64,000 bases of DNA from an uncultured archaeon (GCA_902384555.1 CABMCD010000002.1:1151-65150), one strand, 5' to 3'; positions 18,993-28,519 are shown, counted from the first letter of the stretch. The notes: generated by a model from the sequence alone, not told the origin. Program-made: numbers and translations.

Positions 18993-20378
18993 ATGAACGA
19001 GACATCGGATTCATCGGGCGGCTCAACGCCCTCATCAGGCGGTGCGGGCGGGGCGAAAAGCCCGACGCATGCGGCCAAACCCGCCGGCCCGGGCCAGGGC
19101 TATTATGCCATCGGCCTGGCGCTGGTGGTGGGCCTGGTGATTTTGCTCGGCACCGTGTGGCTGGCCAACCAGAACTTCAACACCGCCGTGTCGCAGTACC
19201 CCCCGGCCGGGAACGGAAGCATGGCTCCGAACAACCCGGCCCCGAACACGGGCTCGAACAATGCGGCCAGCGGCGGAACCGGCACCAATTCGGGAAGCGG
19301 GACCAATAATCCCTCCGCCCCCCTGCCGACCATCGACCTGAGCACCCGCCCGGTGCGCGGCTCCCCGAATGCCCCCGTCACCATCTTTGAAATCGCGGAC
19401 TTCCAGTGCCCGTACTGCGTGCAGGCCTACCCGACCGTGGAGCAGGTGATGGCCAAGTACAACGGCAGCGTGAAGCTCATCTTCGTGCACTTCCCGCTCA
19501 CGTCCATCCACCCGCTCGCGCAGAAGGCGGCCGAAGCGGCCGAGTGCGCGAATGACCAGGGCAAGTTCTGGGAGATGTATGATTCGCTGTTCACGACCAA
19601 CAAGCTGGAAGTGAGCGACCTCAAGGCGCAGGCCAAGACGCTGGGATTGGACACGGCCAAGTTCAACACCTGTCTCGACTCCGGCGCCAAGGCCCCGCTG
19701 ATTCAGGCGTTCAGCAACCTCGCGACCCAGAACGGCATCAGTTCCACGCCCACCTTCATCGTCAACGGACAGGAACTGCAGGACCGCTCGCTGGCCGGCT
19801 TCTCGACGGCCATCGACAACGTCCTCAACCCCCCGCGCGCGGTGATTAACGTCACCGGACGGCCCACGCGCGGCAACGCCTCGGCGCCGCTGCAGATTGT
19901 GGAGTTCTCGGACTTCGAGTGCCCCTACTGCGAGATGGCGTACGGCGTGGTCAAGCAGGCCGAGAAGGACTACGGCAGCCAGATGAGCCTCACCTACATG
20001 GAATTCCCGCTCTCCATCCACCCCGACGCCCAGAAGGCGGCGGAGGCGGCCGAGTGCGCGTACCGGCAGAAACCGGCGGCCTTCTGGTCATACTATGACT
20101 GGATGTTCACCAACCGCAGCCTCGACGTGCCCTCGCTGAAAGGCTATGCCGGCGAGATTGGCCTGAACACCACGCAGTTCAACGCCTGCCTCGACGGCGG
20201 GCAGGCGGCGGCGCAGGTGTCGGCGGATGAGGCCCAGGGAGGAGCCAACGGCGTGCAGGGCACGCCCGGCTTCTTCATCAACGGCCTGCCGATTCGCGGC
20301 TATTTGCCCTACGAGCAGTTCAAGGCGGTGCTGGACCGCGAGCTGGCCCGGGCGAAGAACGGGACGGCCGCGTCCTGA
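18993..20378 (+). CDS. Membrane-anchored DsbA-family oxidoreductase 3 with two thioredoxin domains
   Basis: DFQCPYC/STPTF and DFECPYC/GTPGF; Asn/Gly/Pro-rich linker after the TM. Confidence 0.88.
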   Translation: MNETSDSSGGSTPSSGGAGGAKSPTHAAKPAGPGQGYYAIGLALVVGLVILLGTVWLANQNFNTAVSQYPPAGNGSMAPNNPAPNTGSNNAASGGTGTNSGSGTNNPSAPLPTIDLSTRPVRGSPNAPVTIFEIADFQCPYCVQAYPTVEQVMAKYNGSVKLIFVHFPLTSIHPLAQKAAEAAECANDQGKFWEMYDSLFTTNKLEVSDLKAQAKTLGLDTAKFNTCLDSGAKAPLIQAFSNLATQNGISSTPTFIVNGQELQDRSLAGFSTAIDNVLNPPRAVINVTGRPTRGNASAPLQIVEFSDFECPYCEMAYGVVKQAEKDYGSQMSLTYMEFPLSIHPDAQKAAEAAECAYRQKPAAFWSYYDWMFTNRSLDVPSLKGYAGEIGLNTTQFNACLDGGQAAAQVSADEAQGGANGVQGTPGFFINGLPIRGYLPYEQFKAVLDRELARAKNGTAAS

Positions 20379-20451
20379 TTTTTTCTTTTTCTTCTTTCTT
20401 TTTCCTTACCAATTGCCATACGTTTTTATAGAATCGGCCTTACCGCCTATC

Positions 20452-21480
20452 ATGCGCACTTACCGAGGCCAAATTGGCGGGGGGCTGATGATTGGCAGCT
20501 CGTTGGACTGGCTCTTTCGCATACCCTTCGTGATAATCGAGACCATCGTCCGCGTGGCCATCCTCGTTTTGCTGAACAGGAAGCTGGCGCCATACCTCAA
20601 GAGGCATTTTCCGAAAATCGATGAGAAGACGCGCCATTACGGCCTTTTGGCCGTCTTGGCCATTCTCCTGCTCTGGCCGGTTTTTGTCCTTCCCCAGCCC
20701 ATTGATGCGCTCGGGCAGGTGGACCCGGGCTTCTGCACGCTGCACCGCTTGCAGATGTGGGGCAACCTGCTCAACGACAAGACCGGCGATTTCGAAATGA
20801 CGGAAACACGCTGCATGGGCCGGTATTATCTCGCCCAGGCGCTGGCCAAGAATGAGTATATGGCGTGCCGGGAGGCCTACCCGTTTGCCGGCGTGTGCGA
20901 ATATCAAATCGCCCAAAAAAGCGGAAATGCGAAATACTGCGAGTTCGTCAGCACCGATTCGTCAAGCCCCTATGAAGACCAGACTTACAGCTCGGCCCAA
21001 TGCCGGATTGACCTGCTCAGAAGCCAAGCCGCGAATTGTTCGGACAGTGCCTGCCGAAAATCGGTGGCCGACCAGTGCCGGACGCTGGCCGGGAGCGGCA
21101 GCACCGAATTCTACCAATATTCGTGCAGGCGCAGCGTAATGGCGGCGGGCGGCGACTTGGAGGCCTGTGCGCTTTACGCCGCAAGCCAGCGGACGGATTG
21201 TGTCAACAGCATTGTTCGGCCCGGCGCCACGGCAGATGCCTGCGCGAAGATTCGGGACGCGGGAGTGCGCCAGGAATGCCTGGACTTGGTTGCGCTCTAC
21301 CCCGGCCTGTGCCAAACCAAGCGTTTTGAGGAGCAGGTCAAGCCGGGGGGACCGCACGTTTGCGCCTTGAACCAGCAATGGCTTTGCCAGACGCCGCCCC
21401 AACGGCTGGTTTCCGAATACTTTGAGCCCGAGGTCAACCTCACGGCCGCGCAGAGTTGTGCGCGCAGCGGCGCGCCATGA
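20452..21480 (+). CDS. Membrane-anchored cysteine-rich exported protein
   Basis: Two N-terminal hydrophobic segments, then 18 Cys; TTTTTATA box about 25 nt upstream of ATG 20452. Confidence 0.7.
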   Translation: MRTYRGQIGGGLMIGSSLDWLFRIPFVIIETIVRVAILVLLNRKLAPYLKRHFPKIDEKTRHYGLLAVLAILLLWPVFVLPQPIDALGQVDPGFCTLHRLQMWGNLLNDKTGDFEMTETRCMGRYYLAQALAKNEYMACREAYPFAGVCEYQIAQKSGNAKYCEFVSTDSSSPYEDQTYSSAQCRIDLLRSQAANCSDSACRKSVADQCRTLAGSGSTEFYQYSCRRSVMAAGGDLEACALYAASQRTDCVNSIVRPGATADACAKIRDAGVRQECLDLVALYPGLCQTKRFEEQVKPGGPHVCALNQQWLCQTPPQRLVSEYFEPEVNLTAAQSCARSGAP

Positions 21481-21587
21481 AACGCACCGAAACGGAGCGT
21501 TTATCGTCGATGGAGCGGAAAGCCGCCCTTACAATATTATAAACCCCAAGCCGGCCTAATGCAAATTCACCTACAAGAGGCCCGCCC

Positions 21588-23963
21588 ATGCAGCTGATTA
21601 TCGCCGAAAAACCCAAAGTGGCCGAGAAAATAGCGCAAGCCCTCGCCGAAGGGCCGGTGCTGCGCGAGAAGGGCAGGGGGCAGGCGTCCTATTTCATCAT
21701 CCGCCGCCATGGGCAGGAAATCGCCATCACCCCGGCGGTCGGCCACATTTATGGGCTGGCCGAGAAAAACAAGACCGGCTATACCTATCCCGTTTTCGAC
21801 ATCGAGTGGAAGCCGGCCTATGAGGCCGAGAAAGAGGCCGATTACACCAAGGGCTATGTGCAAACCCTCGAGATGCTGGGCAAGAAGGCGGACGAAGTGA
21901 TTGTGGCCTGCGACTACGACATCGAGGGCTCGCTCATTGGGTATAATGCGCTGCGCTATGCCTGCAAAAAGAAGGACGAGCAGGGCCGGCGCATGAAGTT
22001 CTCGGCCCTCACGGCCGGCGATTTGGTGGGCGCGTACGAGAGCCGCGAGCCGCTGGACGTGCCCAACGCGCAGGCGGGCGAGGCGCGCCACATTCTCGAC
22101 TGGTATTATGGTATCAATCTTTCGCGCGCGCTCATGGGCGCGATTAAGGCGGCCGGCAAATTCCAGGTGATGTCGATTGGCCGCGTGCAGGGCCCGGCCC
22201 TCAAATTATTGGCCGACCGCGAGAAGGCCATCGAGGCCTTCGTGCCCTCGCCGTATTGGGAACTGACGTGCAAAATCGACGGCGTGGAATTCAAGCACGA
22301 GAAAGATAGGTTCCTCAAAAAAGAGGAGGCCACAGCCGCGCTGGCCGGCTCCAAGCCGGGGCCGCATTCCATCGCCTCGGTGGAGCGCAAGCCCTTTGAG
22401 CAGCAGCCCAACCCGCCCTTTGATTTGACTTCGCTGCAGGTGGAAGCCTACCGCCAATTCAAGTTCGCGCCCACCCAAACGCTGGAAATGGCGCAGACGC
22501 TCTATGAGCAGTCCATGATTTCCTATCCGCGCACCTCTTCGCAGAAATTGCCCGAGAAATTGGGGTTGGAGCGCATCGTGAAAGCGCTGGCCGGCCAGCC
22601 CGAATACGCGCCGTTGTGCAAGCAATTGGCGGACGCCAAGCGCTTCAAGCCGCACGAGGGCAAGAAGGACGACCCGGCGCATCCGGCCATCCACCCCACC
22701 GGCCAGAAAGGGGCGGTGGGCGAGAGAGAAAGAAAGCTTTACGATTTGATTGTGCGCCGGTTCTTGGCCTGCATGGCGCCCAATGCCCAGCGCGAGAGCG
22801 CCAAGGTGAAGGCCAAGTGCGGGAGCGAGGGGTATGCGACCACCGGCTCGCGCACCACCTCGCCGGGCTGGTTCGAGTTCTACAAACCTTATGTCAAGCT
22901 CGAAGAAATCACCCTGCCGGGCTGGAAGGAGGGGCAGAGCGTGGAGGCCAAGGAATTCTCCATGGCCGACAAGATGACCCAGCCGCCCAAGCGCCTCACG
23001 CCCGCCTCGGTGATTTCCGAATTGGAGGACCATGACTTGGGCACCAAGGCCACGCGGGCCGTGGTGGTGGACACGCTCTTCAAGCGCGGCTATCTCACGG
23101 GAAAGACCTCGATTACCGTCACGCCGTTTGGCCGCTCGGTCTGCGACATCATGGGCAAATATGCGCCCGAAATACTGGATGAGGAGCTCACGCGCGGCAT
23201 TGAGAAGGAGATGGAAGCGATTCAGGAAAAGCACATCCACCCCAACACCGTGGTGGATGACGGCAAGAAGATTCTCACCAAAATCTTGGACCAGTTCAAG
23301 CAGAAGGAGGAGGCCATCGGCGGCGATTTGTCGGTGGCCCTGACCGGCGCGCGCGAGGCGGCCGCCAAACTCGGCCCCTGCCCGGCCTGCGGACAGGACC
23401 TCAAGAAAATTCACCTGCGCGGCGGGCGGCAATTCGTGGGCTGCTCGGGCTATCCCACTTGCAAACAGACTTATCCGCTGCCGCAGGGCGCGCTCATCGA
23501 GGCGGTTGGAAAAACGTGCGAGAAATGCAACACGCCGCAGATTCGCGTCATCCGCAAGGGCCGGAGGCCCTTTGAGATGTGCCTCTCACCCACGTGCGAG
23601 ACGAAAAAGGCGTGGGGGTTCAACTCGTCTTCATCCTCCTCTTCGGGCGGCGGAGGCTCGGTGCGCTTCGAGTCGGAAGTGAAGAAGGAAGAAGCGGAGA
23701 AAAAGAAAGAGGCCAAGGCCGCAAAACCGCCGGCTCCTCCACCTTCGGCCCCGACTCCGCTTCCCGGCACCTTCAAGCCGGCTGGCGAAGAAAAGAACCC
23801 GGCCTCAAAACCTTCCCCGCCCGCTTCCTCGTTCTTCAAGGGCACCGGCGCGCCGGGAGAGAAAATGGAGCTGAAAGAGGATGCCGTGAAAAAGAAGGCT
23901 CCGGCCAAGAAGGCGGCGGCCCCCAAGAAGAAAGCCGCTGCTTCGAAAAAGAAGAAGGAGTAG
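21588..23963 (+). CDS. topA: DNA topoisomerase IA with C-terminal Zn fingers and Lys/Ala/Pro-rich tail
   Basis: IAEKP, DYDIEG (TOPRIM), GRVQ, ISYPRT (catalytic Tyr), GTKATR, C4 zinc ribbons. Confidence 0.95.
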   Translation: MQLIIAEKPKVAEKIAQALAEGPVLREKGRGQASYFIIRRHGQEIAITPAVGHIYGLAEKNKTGYTYPVFDIEWKPAYEAEKEADYTKGYVQTLEMLGKKADEVIVACDYDIEGSLIGYNALRYACKKKDEQGRRMKFSALTAGDLVGAYESREPLDVPNAQAGEARHILDWYYGINLSRALMGAIKAAGKFQVMSIGRVQGPALKLLADREKAIEAFVPSPYWELTCKIDGVEFKHEKDRFLKKEEATAALAGSKPGPHSIASVERKPFEQQPNPPFDLTSLQVEAYRQFKFAPTQTLEMAQTLYEQSMISYPRTSSQKLPEKLGLERIVKALAGQPEYAPLCKQLADAKRFKPHEGKKDDPAHPAIHPTGQKGAVGERERKLYDLIVRRFLACMAPNAQRESAKVKAKCGSEGYATTGSRTTSPGWFEFYKPYVKLEEITLPGWKEGQSVEAKEFSMADKMTQPPKRLTPASVISELEDHDLGTKATRAVVVDTLFKRGYLTGKTSITVTPFGRSVCDIMGKYAPEILDEELTRGIEKEMEAIQEKHIHPNTVVDDGKKILTKILDQFKQKEEAIGGDLSVALTGAREAAAKLGPCPACGQDLKKIHLRGGRQFVGCSGYPTCKQTYPLPQGALIEAVGKTCEKCNTPQIRVIRKGRRPFEMCLSPTCETKKAWGFNSSSSSSSGGGGSVRFESEVKKEEAEKKKEAKAAKPPAPPPSAPTPLPGTFKPAGEEKNPASKPSPPASSFFKGTGAPGEKMELKEDAVKKKAPAKKAAAPKKKAAASKKKKE

Positions 23964-24097
23964 GCGCAACCAAAAAGAAAAAGGCAGGGAATAAGCAAGA
24001 ACCGGCCTCTTACGGAGTTATAAAATTGTCAGTTGATAATAAAGCGTGTAGCGATAGGCGCACCCCCATACAGCTTCCGTGAGCGGCAGGTCGTGGA

Positions 24098-25117
24098 ATG
24101 ATAACCATACAACAGCAATTAGACACGTCCCTGTTTTTGAAAAAAATAGCGCCGGTTTTGAAAAAAAACCAAGCCGTCGGCCGGATAGATGCGGGAGGCA
24201 CGCGCGGATTCGACCGCATTGTCGATCTGGGTGAAACGGCCAAGGTGCTGAACAACGCCATCTCCGGCTCGCGCCTGAATTTGATTGAAGTCTTCCGGCT
24301 CAACCCGGTTGTGGACGTTATTCTCTACCATTTTGAAGGCGCCATCCTGCTCGACCTCTGCACCAAGAACGCCCCGATTTCCATCCGTTTCGGCCGGGGG
24401 CACGAATACACGGCCTGCTGCACCGAGACGGACGGGTCGGACGCCTCGCAGTTTGAAAAAATGGCCAACCTGCTGCGGCATATGCCCGACGGCCAAATCC
24501 GGACCCTGCGCGAGGCGTACCGCCAAAACCTCCGGCTCGGGAACGGAAACGGGTCGGCCATACTGCTGCTGGGAGACGGAGGAATTGAATTCAAGGAAGC
24601 CCGCTACGGCCCCCGCGACGAGCTGTTCTCGCACTACAAGCGCGCATGGGTGGCGGAGCTGCGCGAGCACGTGCCCGAAGTGAAATACCACAAGAACTTC
24701 GGCCTGCTGGGGGCGGAGTTTGACGACACGGCCGAGCAGACCACGTATGTAAAACATCTGGGAGCGCATGAAATTCTGCCGCTGGAGCTGGAGTCCCGGG
24801 CCGAAAAGCTTACGGCGGTGTATGCTGCGGAGGCGGAGCTGACCATCAAATTCCTCAACAACGACCGCCTTGTCACGCGCATGGACAACGCCGAAATCAA
24901 GGCTGAAAACGACCCCGACAACCCCGCGCTCTATCGCGGCCATGTCGCATTCGTCCTGATAGAGCCGGATTCTTTCCAGATGCTGCGCACCGCCCGCTTG
25001 ACCCAAGACGGCCATTGCGAATACATCCAGCTCCCCCCGGCGTTCGAGTTTGGAGAAACAGGCGGACCGTTGGCCGGGTTGCCCGGAATGCTGCTTCCGG
25101 CCGGCGCTGGCGAATGA
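24098..25117 (+). CDS. Hypothetical soluble protein
   Basis: 339 aa ORF filling the gap after topA; no recognisable motif. Confidence 0.6.
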   Translation: MITIQQQLDTSLFLKKIAPVLKKNQAVGRIDAGGTRGFDRIVDLGETAKVLNNAISGSRLNLIEVFRLNPVVDVILYHFEGAILLDLCTKNAPISIRFGRGHEYTACCTETDGSDASQFEKMANLLRHMPDGQIRTLREAYRQNLRLGNGNGSAILLLGDGGIEFKEARYGPRDELFSHYKRAWVAELREHVPEVKYHKNFGLLGAEFDDTAEQTTYVKHLGAHEILPLELESRAEKLTAVYAAEAELTIKFLNNDRLVTRMDNAEIKAENDPDNPALYRGHVAFVLIEPDSFQMLRTARLTQDGHCEYIQLPPAFEFGETGGPLAGLPGMLLPAGAGE

Positions 25118-25175
25118 GCCCTTGCGCCGGGGCCAAGCTTTGGATTTATTAGCACTTTTGCGCATATTATGCAAC

Positions 25176-26228
25176 ATGAAGGCAGGACGCTTTCTCATAG
25201 CCGCCACCATAGCCTTCAATTTGAGCACCGTCAAAGTGAATACTTACGACCCCTTCTTCTTCAAGCACGAGCCGCCCGCGCGGGCAGCGGTGCAGAGTAT
25301 AATCCAGAACGACCCCCTCCAGCCCAAGGGAGCGGCGCTGCAGAACCTGACGCCGGCGGCCAGCACGCAAACCCGGCAGGCGGAAAAAATCAACATGGCC
25401 CAGATTCCGCTTAATGCGGCCCAAGCGGCGGGACTCTCCAAGCTTCCCCTGCCGCACGAGGCGCCGGTGGAAAAAGACCGCCAGAGCGAGTGGGCCGGGC
25501 AAATCGCCCTGCTTATGAGCTGCCTCGCGTTCGGCATGCAGCTGGGGCGCAACTGGAGGATGGAGAAGGCGGGGAAAAAGCAGGAGGACATCTCCCTGCG
25601 GGCGTGGGTGACGTCGTTTTTCGTGGATGCGGGCTGGGCCGCCTACGGCGCGGGAACCCGGCTTTACACCGTCGTGGCTTCCAACTGCCTCGCGCTGGTT
25701 CCGCGCGGCTATGGGATATACCAAATCCTCAAAGGCCATGCCAGCTCTATCCAAGCGGCGTACGGCATGGCCGGCGTTGAAGCCGCGCGCGTCGGATACA
25801 AGATAATCGACAAGAGCGGCCTCGCCAACGCCTGGCTCTATGCGGCCGTGGGCGACCCGCTCAACACCCTCGCGCTGGCCGCCACCATGCCGCCCTATTT
25901 GCAGTTCATGAAGACCATGAAAGACCTCAAAACCGAGGGCATCTCGCTGGGCTCGCAGGCGCTCTACACGCTGGCGTCGGTATTTTGGGGGCTGAACGGA
26001 TTCTTGTTTGAGAAATGGGCGATTGTGGCATCCAGCATGGCGGGGCTGCTGCTGTATGGAAGCGTGGCGGGGGCCAAATACAGCCAGATTCGGGCGGCGG
26101 GCGGGAGCGTGGCGCGCATGCTCGCGGGCGAAATAGCAGACACTTTCAAGTTCGCATGGGAGAAGGCCGGCAAAGTGTGGCGGCTGATATGGGCCGCCCG
26201 CGCGGAAAAAAGAATGGAGCCGAATTGA
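25176..26228 (+). CDS. SWEET/PQ-loop-like transporter with two repeats
   Basis: EDISL...WAAYG...VVASN and EGISL...WGLNG...IVASS; about 7 TM helices; start moved to ATG 25176. Confidence 0.6.
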   Translation: MKAGRFLIAATIAFNLSTVKVNTYDPFFFKHEPPARAAVQSIIQNDPLQPKGAALQNLTPAASTQTRQAEKINMAQIPLNAAQAAGLSKLPLPHEAPVEKDRQSEWAGQIALLMSCLAFGMQLGRNWRMEKAGKKQEDISLRAWVTSFFVDAGWAAYGAGTRLYTVVASNCLALVPRGYGIYQILKGHASSIQAAYGMAGVEAARVGYKIIDKSGLANAWLYAAVGDPLNTLALAATMPPYLQFMKTMKDLKTEGISLGSQALYTLASVFWGLNGFLFEKWAIVASSMAGLLLYGSVAGAKYSQIRAAGGSVARMLAGEIADTFKFAWEKAGKVWRLIWAARAEKRMEPN

Positions 26229-26278
26229 AGCCAGATTGGCGCTCAAATTGCGGGACTAGTTTTCAACGACGGAAGTAT

Positions 26279-26315
26279 GTAAAGCATTATATACTTTTAG
26301 TAAAGAATACTTTAC
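26279..26315. promoter_or_regulatory. Tandem palindromic operator(s) over the promoter of DUF2178/XRE module 1
   Basis: Perfect GTAAAG-N4-CTTTAC at 26300-26315; imperfect copy GTAAAG-catt-ATATAC at 26279-26294 overlapping TTATATA. Confidence 0.6.
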
Positions 26316-26336
26316 ATCCTCCCGCAGGGAGGGGTG

Positions 26337-26786
26337 ATGGATATGTTGGCAAAGGCGGAGTGGTTCTGCCCCCGCAAGTTTGGCTGGGGCATGGGGATAA
26401 AGAGCTGGCAGGGCGTGGCCTATATTCTGGGGGTCATGGCGCTCTTCCTGCTGCCCGGCATCCTGCCCATGTCAGGCGACATGCGGCTGGCGTTCATGGT
26501 GCTGGTGGCCATGGTCTTTACGATTGACATGCTGATGGTGATGCCCAAGGTGTATTCCAAACTGGACGAGCGCGAGCAGAAGCACCAGCTCATCGCCGAG
26601 CGCAATGCCTCGTTCGTGGCCGTGATTTTTCTGGTGGGATACGGCGCATATGCGGCCGCGGCGCTGACGGCAAAAGGGGCCAGTCAGGCCGAGATGATGG
26701 CGGGTTTGGGCCCGCTGATTGTGCTGGCGCTGTGCATGGCGGCGGCCAAGGGCGGCACGCTGATGTGGCTCGAGCACAAGAGTTAG
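26337..26786 (+). CDS. DUF2178-like membrane protein
   Basis: 4 TM helices with KLDERE...AERNAS; adjacent to an XRE gene. Confidence 0.65.
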   Translation: MDMLAKAEWFCPRKFGWGMGIKSWQGVAYILGVMALFLLPGILPMSGDMRLAFMVLVAMVFTIDMLMVMPKVYSKLDEREQKHQLIAERNASFVAVIFLVGYGAYAAAALTAKGASQAEMMAGLGPLIVLALCMAAAKGGTLMWLEHKS

Positions 26787-26796
26787 GGGCGGATTT

Positions 26797-26985
26797 ATGA
26801 AAAACCATCTGCGCGAACTGCGCGCGCGCCTGCGCATGACGCAGGACGAGCTGGCGGCCAAATGCGGGGTGAGCCGGCAGACCGTCAACGCGATTGAGAC
26901 GGAAAAATACGACCCGTCGCTGCCGCTGGCGTTCAAATTAGCGGGCGTGTTCAAAAAGAAAATAGAAGACGTGTTTGAGCCGTGA
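26797..26985 (+). CDS. XRE/Cro-family HTH regulator
   Basis: MTQDELAAKCGVSRQTVNAIETEKYDPSLPLAFKLA. Confidence 0.92.
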   Translation: MKNHLRELRARLRMTQDELAAKCGVSRQTVNAIETEKYDPSLPLAFKLAGVFKKKIEDVFEP

Positions 26986-27015
26986 AAAAATGGCGGCTCA
27001 AACCATTTTTTCTTA

Positions 27016-27717
27016 TCAAGCCACTTTCTTCGGTTGGCTGGCCTCGACACGGGAGACCAGGGCCTTGAAATCGGAATCCGACATCTCCAGCGTGTTTTGC
27101 AGGTCGCGAAGGGCGGCGGCCGCCTCGCCCGGATAGAGGGCGTTGAGCAGGACGATGCTGACGCTCTCCTCAGGCGTGCGGCGATCCGGGAGCATCTGCA
27201 TAATCACCGGCCTTGGAGGCTCAAACTTGTGCTCCGCCGCCTTGAGAGGCGAGTCCGGCGTCGCGCCCAGCAGTTTTTGGTAGAACGGCTTGCGAAGGTT
27301 GGCGGCGAAGTGCAGGTAGAACACATCCTGCAATTCGTAGTTGGTGATGCGGGCGCCCTGCTTCACCAAGTATTGGGCGATTTCGCGCTGGTCGTGGTGG
27401 ATGGCGTAGGCCAGCAGGTTGTTGTGCAGATGGGAAACTTCTTTTCCGCCGAACTCGAACATGGCCGTAAAGCCGCGCAGGTTTCCGCGAATGATGAGGC
27501 GCTCGAGGTTTTGGGCGATGGTGTTGCGCAGCTCTTTTCCGGAGAGGCCCAAGTAGGGGTCGGACGAAAACTTGAGGATGGCCTTGTCAGTAGTTCCGTT
27601 TCCGGGCAGGAAATTGGAAATCACGGCCGTGCCGTTCGTGGCGTTTCCATTGGTCGGAAGAACGCCATTGACCTTGACCTTGTTGCTCACAGCGATAGTT
27701 TCTACCATAGGAATCAC
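27016..27717 (-). CDS. Hypothetical protein with one ankyrin-like repeat
   Basis: LLAYAIHHDQREIAQYLVKQGA. Confidence 0.5.
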   Translation of the reverse strand: MIPMVETIAVSNKVKVNGVLPTNGNATNGTAVISNFLPGNGTTDKAILKFSSDPYLGLSGKELRNTIAQNLERLIIRGNLRGFTAMFEFGGKEVSHLHNNLLAYAIHHDQREIAQYLVKQGARITNYELQDVFYLHFAANLRKPFYQKLLGATPDSPLKAAEHKFEPPRPVIMQMLPDRRTPEESVSIVLLNALYPGEAAAALRDLQNTLEMSDSDFKALVSRVEASQPKKVA

Positions 27718-27815
27718 TGGGAATGACCGCTGTTCAAGCCGTATTTAAATCTTGCTTTTTGACGCAAAAAAACACGACACGTGACGCAAAATGGGGGAAA
27801 AGTGGGAGCGAAAAC

Positions 27816-28037
27816 TCAGTCGTCGTCCCCCTTCTCGTCGTCGAAAAGGAAGACCTCCTCGATTTTTTCGCCCAGCGCCTTGGCCACCGCATGCGCCAAT
27901 TCGAGGGAGGGGTTGTATTTGCCGGCTTCCAGAAAGACGATGGTCTCCCGCCGGGCCCCCACGCGGCGGGCCAGCTCTTCCTGCGTCAGCTTGTGGCGCG
28001 CGCGCAATTCCTTGATGCGGGTGGCGAAGGCGGCCAT
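27816..28037 (-). CDS. XRE/Cro-family HTH regulator
   Basis: [36 protein letters not shown]. Confidence 0.92.
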   Translation of the reverse strand: MAAFATRIKELRARHKLTQEELARRVGARRETIVFLEAGKYNPSLELAHAVAKALGEKIEEVFLFDDEKGDDD

Positions 28038-28463
28038 CTACAAATCCTCCTTTTGCTGGAAATAGAGGCGCGCCGCCAGCTGGCTGAGCAGCATGAAGAA
28101 GAACACCAAGCCCAGCGCGGCCTGCGTCTCAAGCGGGATGAGGCCGGCCTGCTGGTTGAGAATCAGCAGCGCGATGAAGGCGTAGGTGAAGAACCACGAG
28201 GCGGAGGCCGCCTTCTGGCGCACCTTGACGTCGCGCTCGTCAAAGCGCAGCCCGCCCTTGCGGCGGCGGTAGGCGATGACACTGAGAATGAAGAAGGCGA
28301 TGGCGGCCGTGAGCAGGTAATCGCCCCACCAGCCCTGCGCGCCGCCCGCCAGGCTGAGACTGGCGAGCAGGATGAGCAGCGCGCAGACGGCCCACGTGAC
28401 GGTCCAGCGGTCGAGCTTGAATGCGGATTTGGGCGGAGAGGGGCGTTTGGGTTTGGAAGCCAT
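28038..28463 (-). CDS. DUF2178-like membrane protein
   Basis: RFDERDVKVRQKAAS between TM pairs; its stop abuts the XRE start. Confidence 0.7.
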   Translation of the reverse strand: MASKPKRPSPPKSAFKLDRWTVTWAVCALLILLASLSLAGGAQGWWGDYLLTAAIAFFILSVIAYRRRKGGLRFDERDVKVRQKAASASWFFTYAFIALLILNQQAGLIPLETQAALGLVFFFMLLSQLAARLYFQQKEDL

Positions 28464-28489
28464 GATATCACCATAGTTCTATTTTTCGC

Positions 28490-28519
28490 ACATTTTGTTC
28501 GTTTAAACGAACATAATGT
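28490..28519. promoter_or_regulatory. 30-bp near-perfect palindrome, putative operator of DUF2178/XRE module 2
   Basis: ACATTTTGTTCGTTTAAACGAACATAATGT, one mismatched pair; just downstream of a minus-strand TATA (TTTTAAAT, 28541-28548). Confidence 0.6.
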
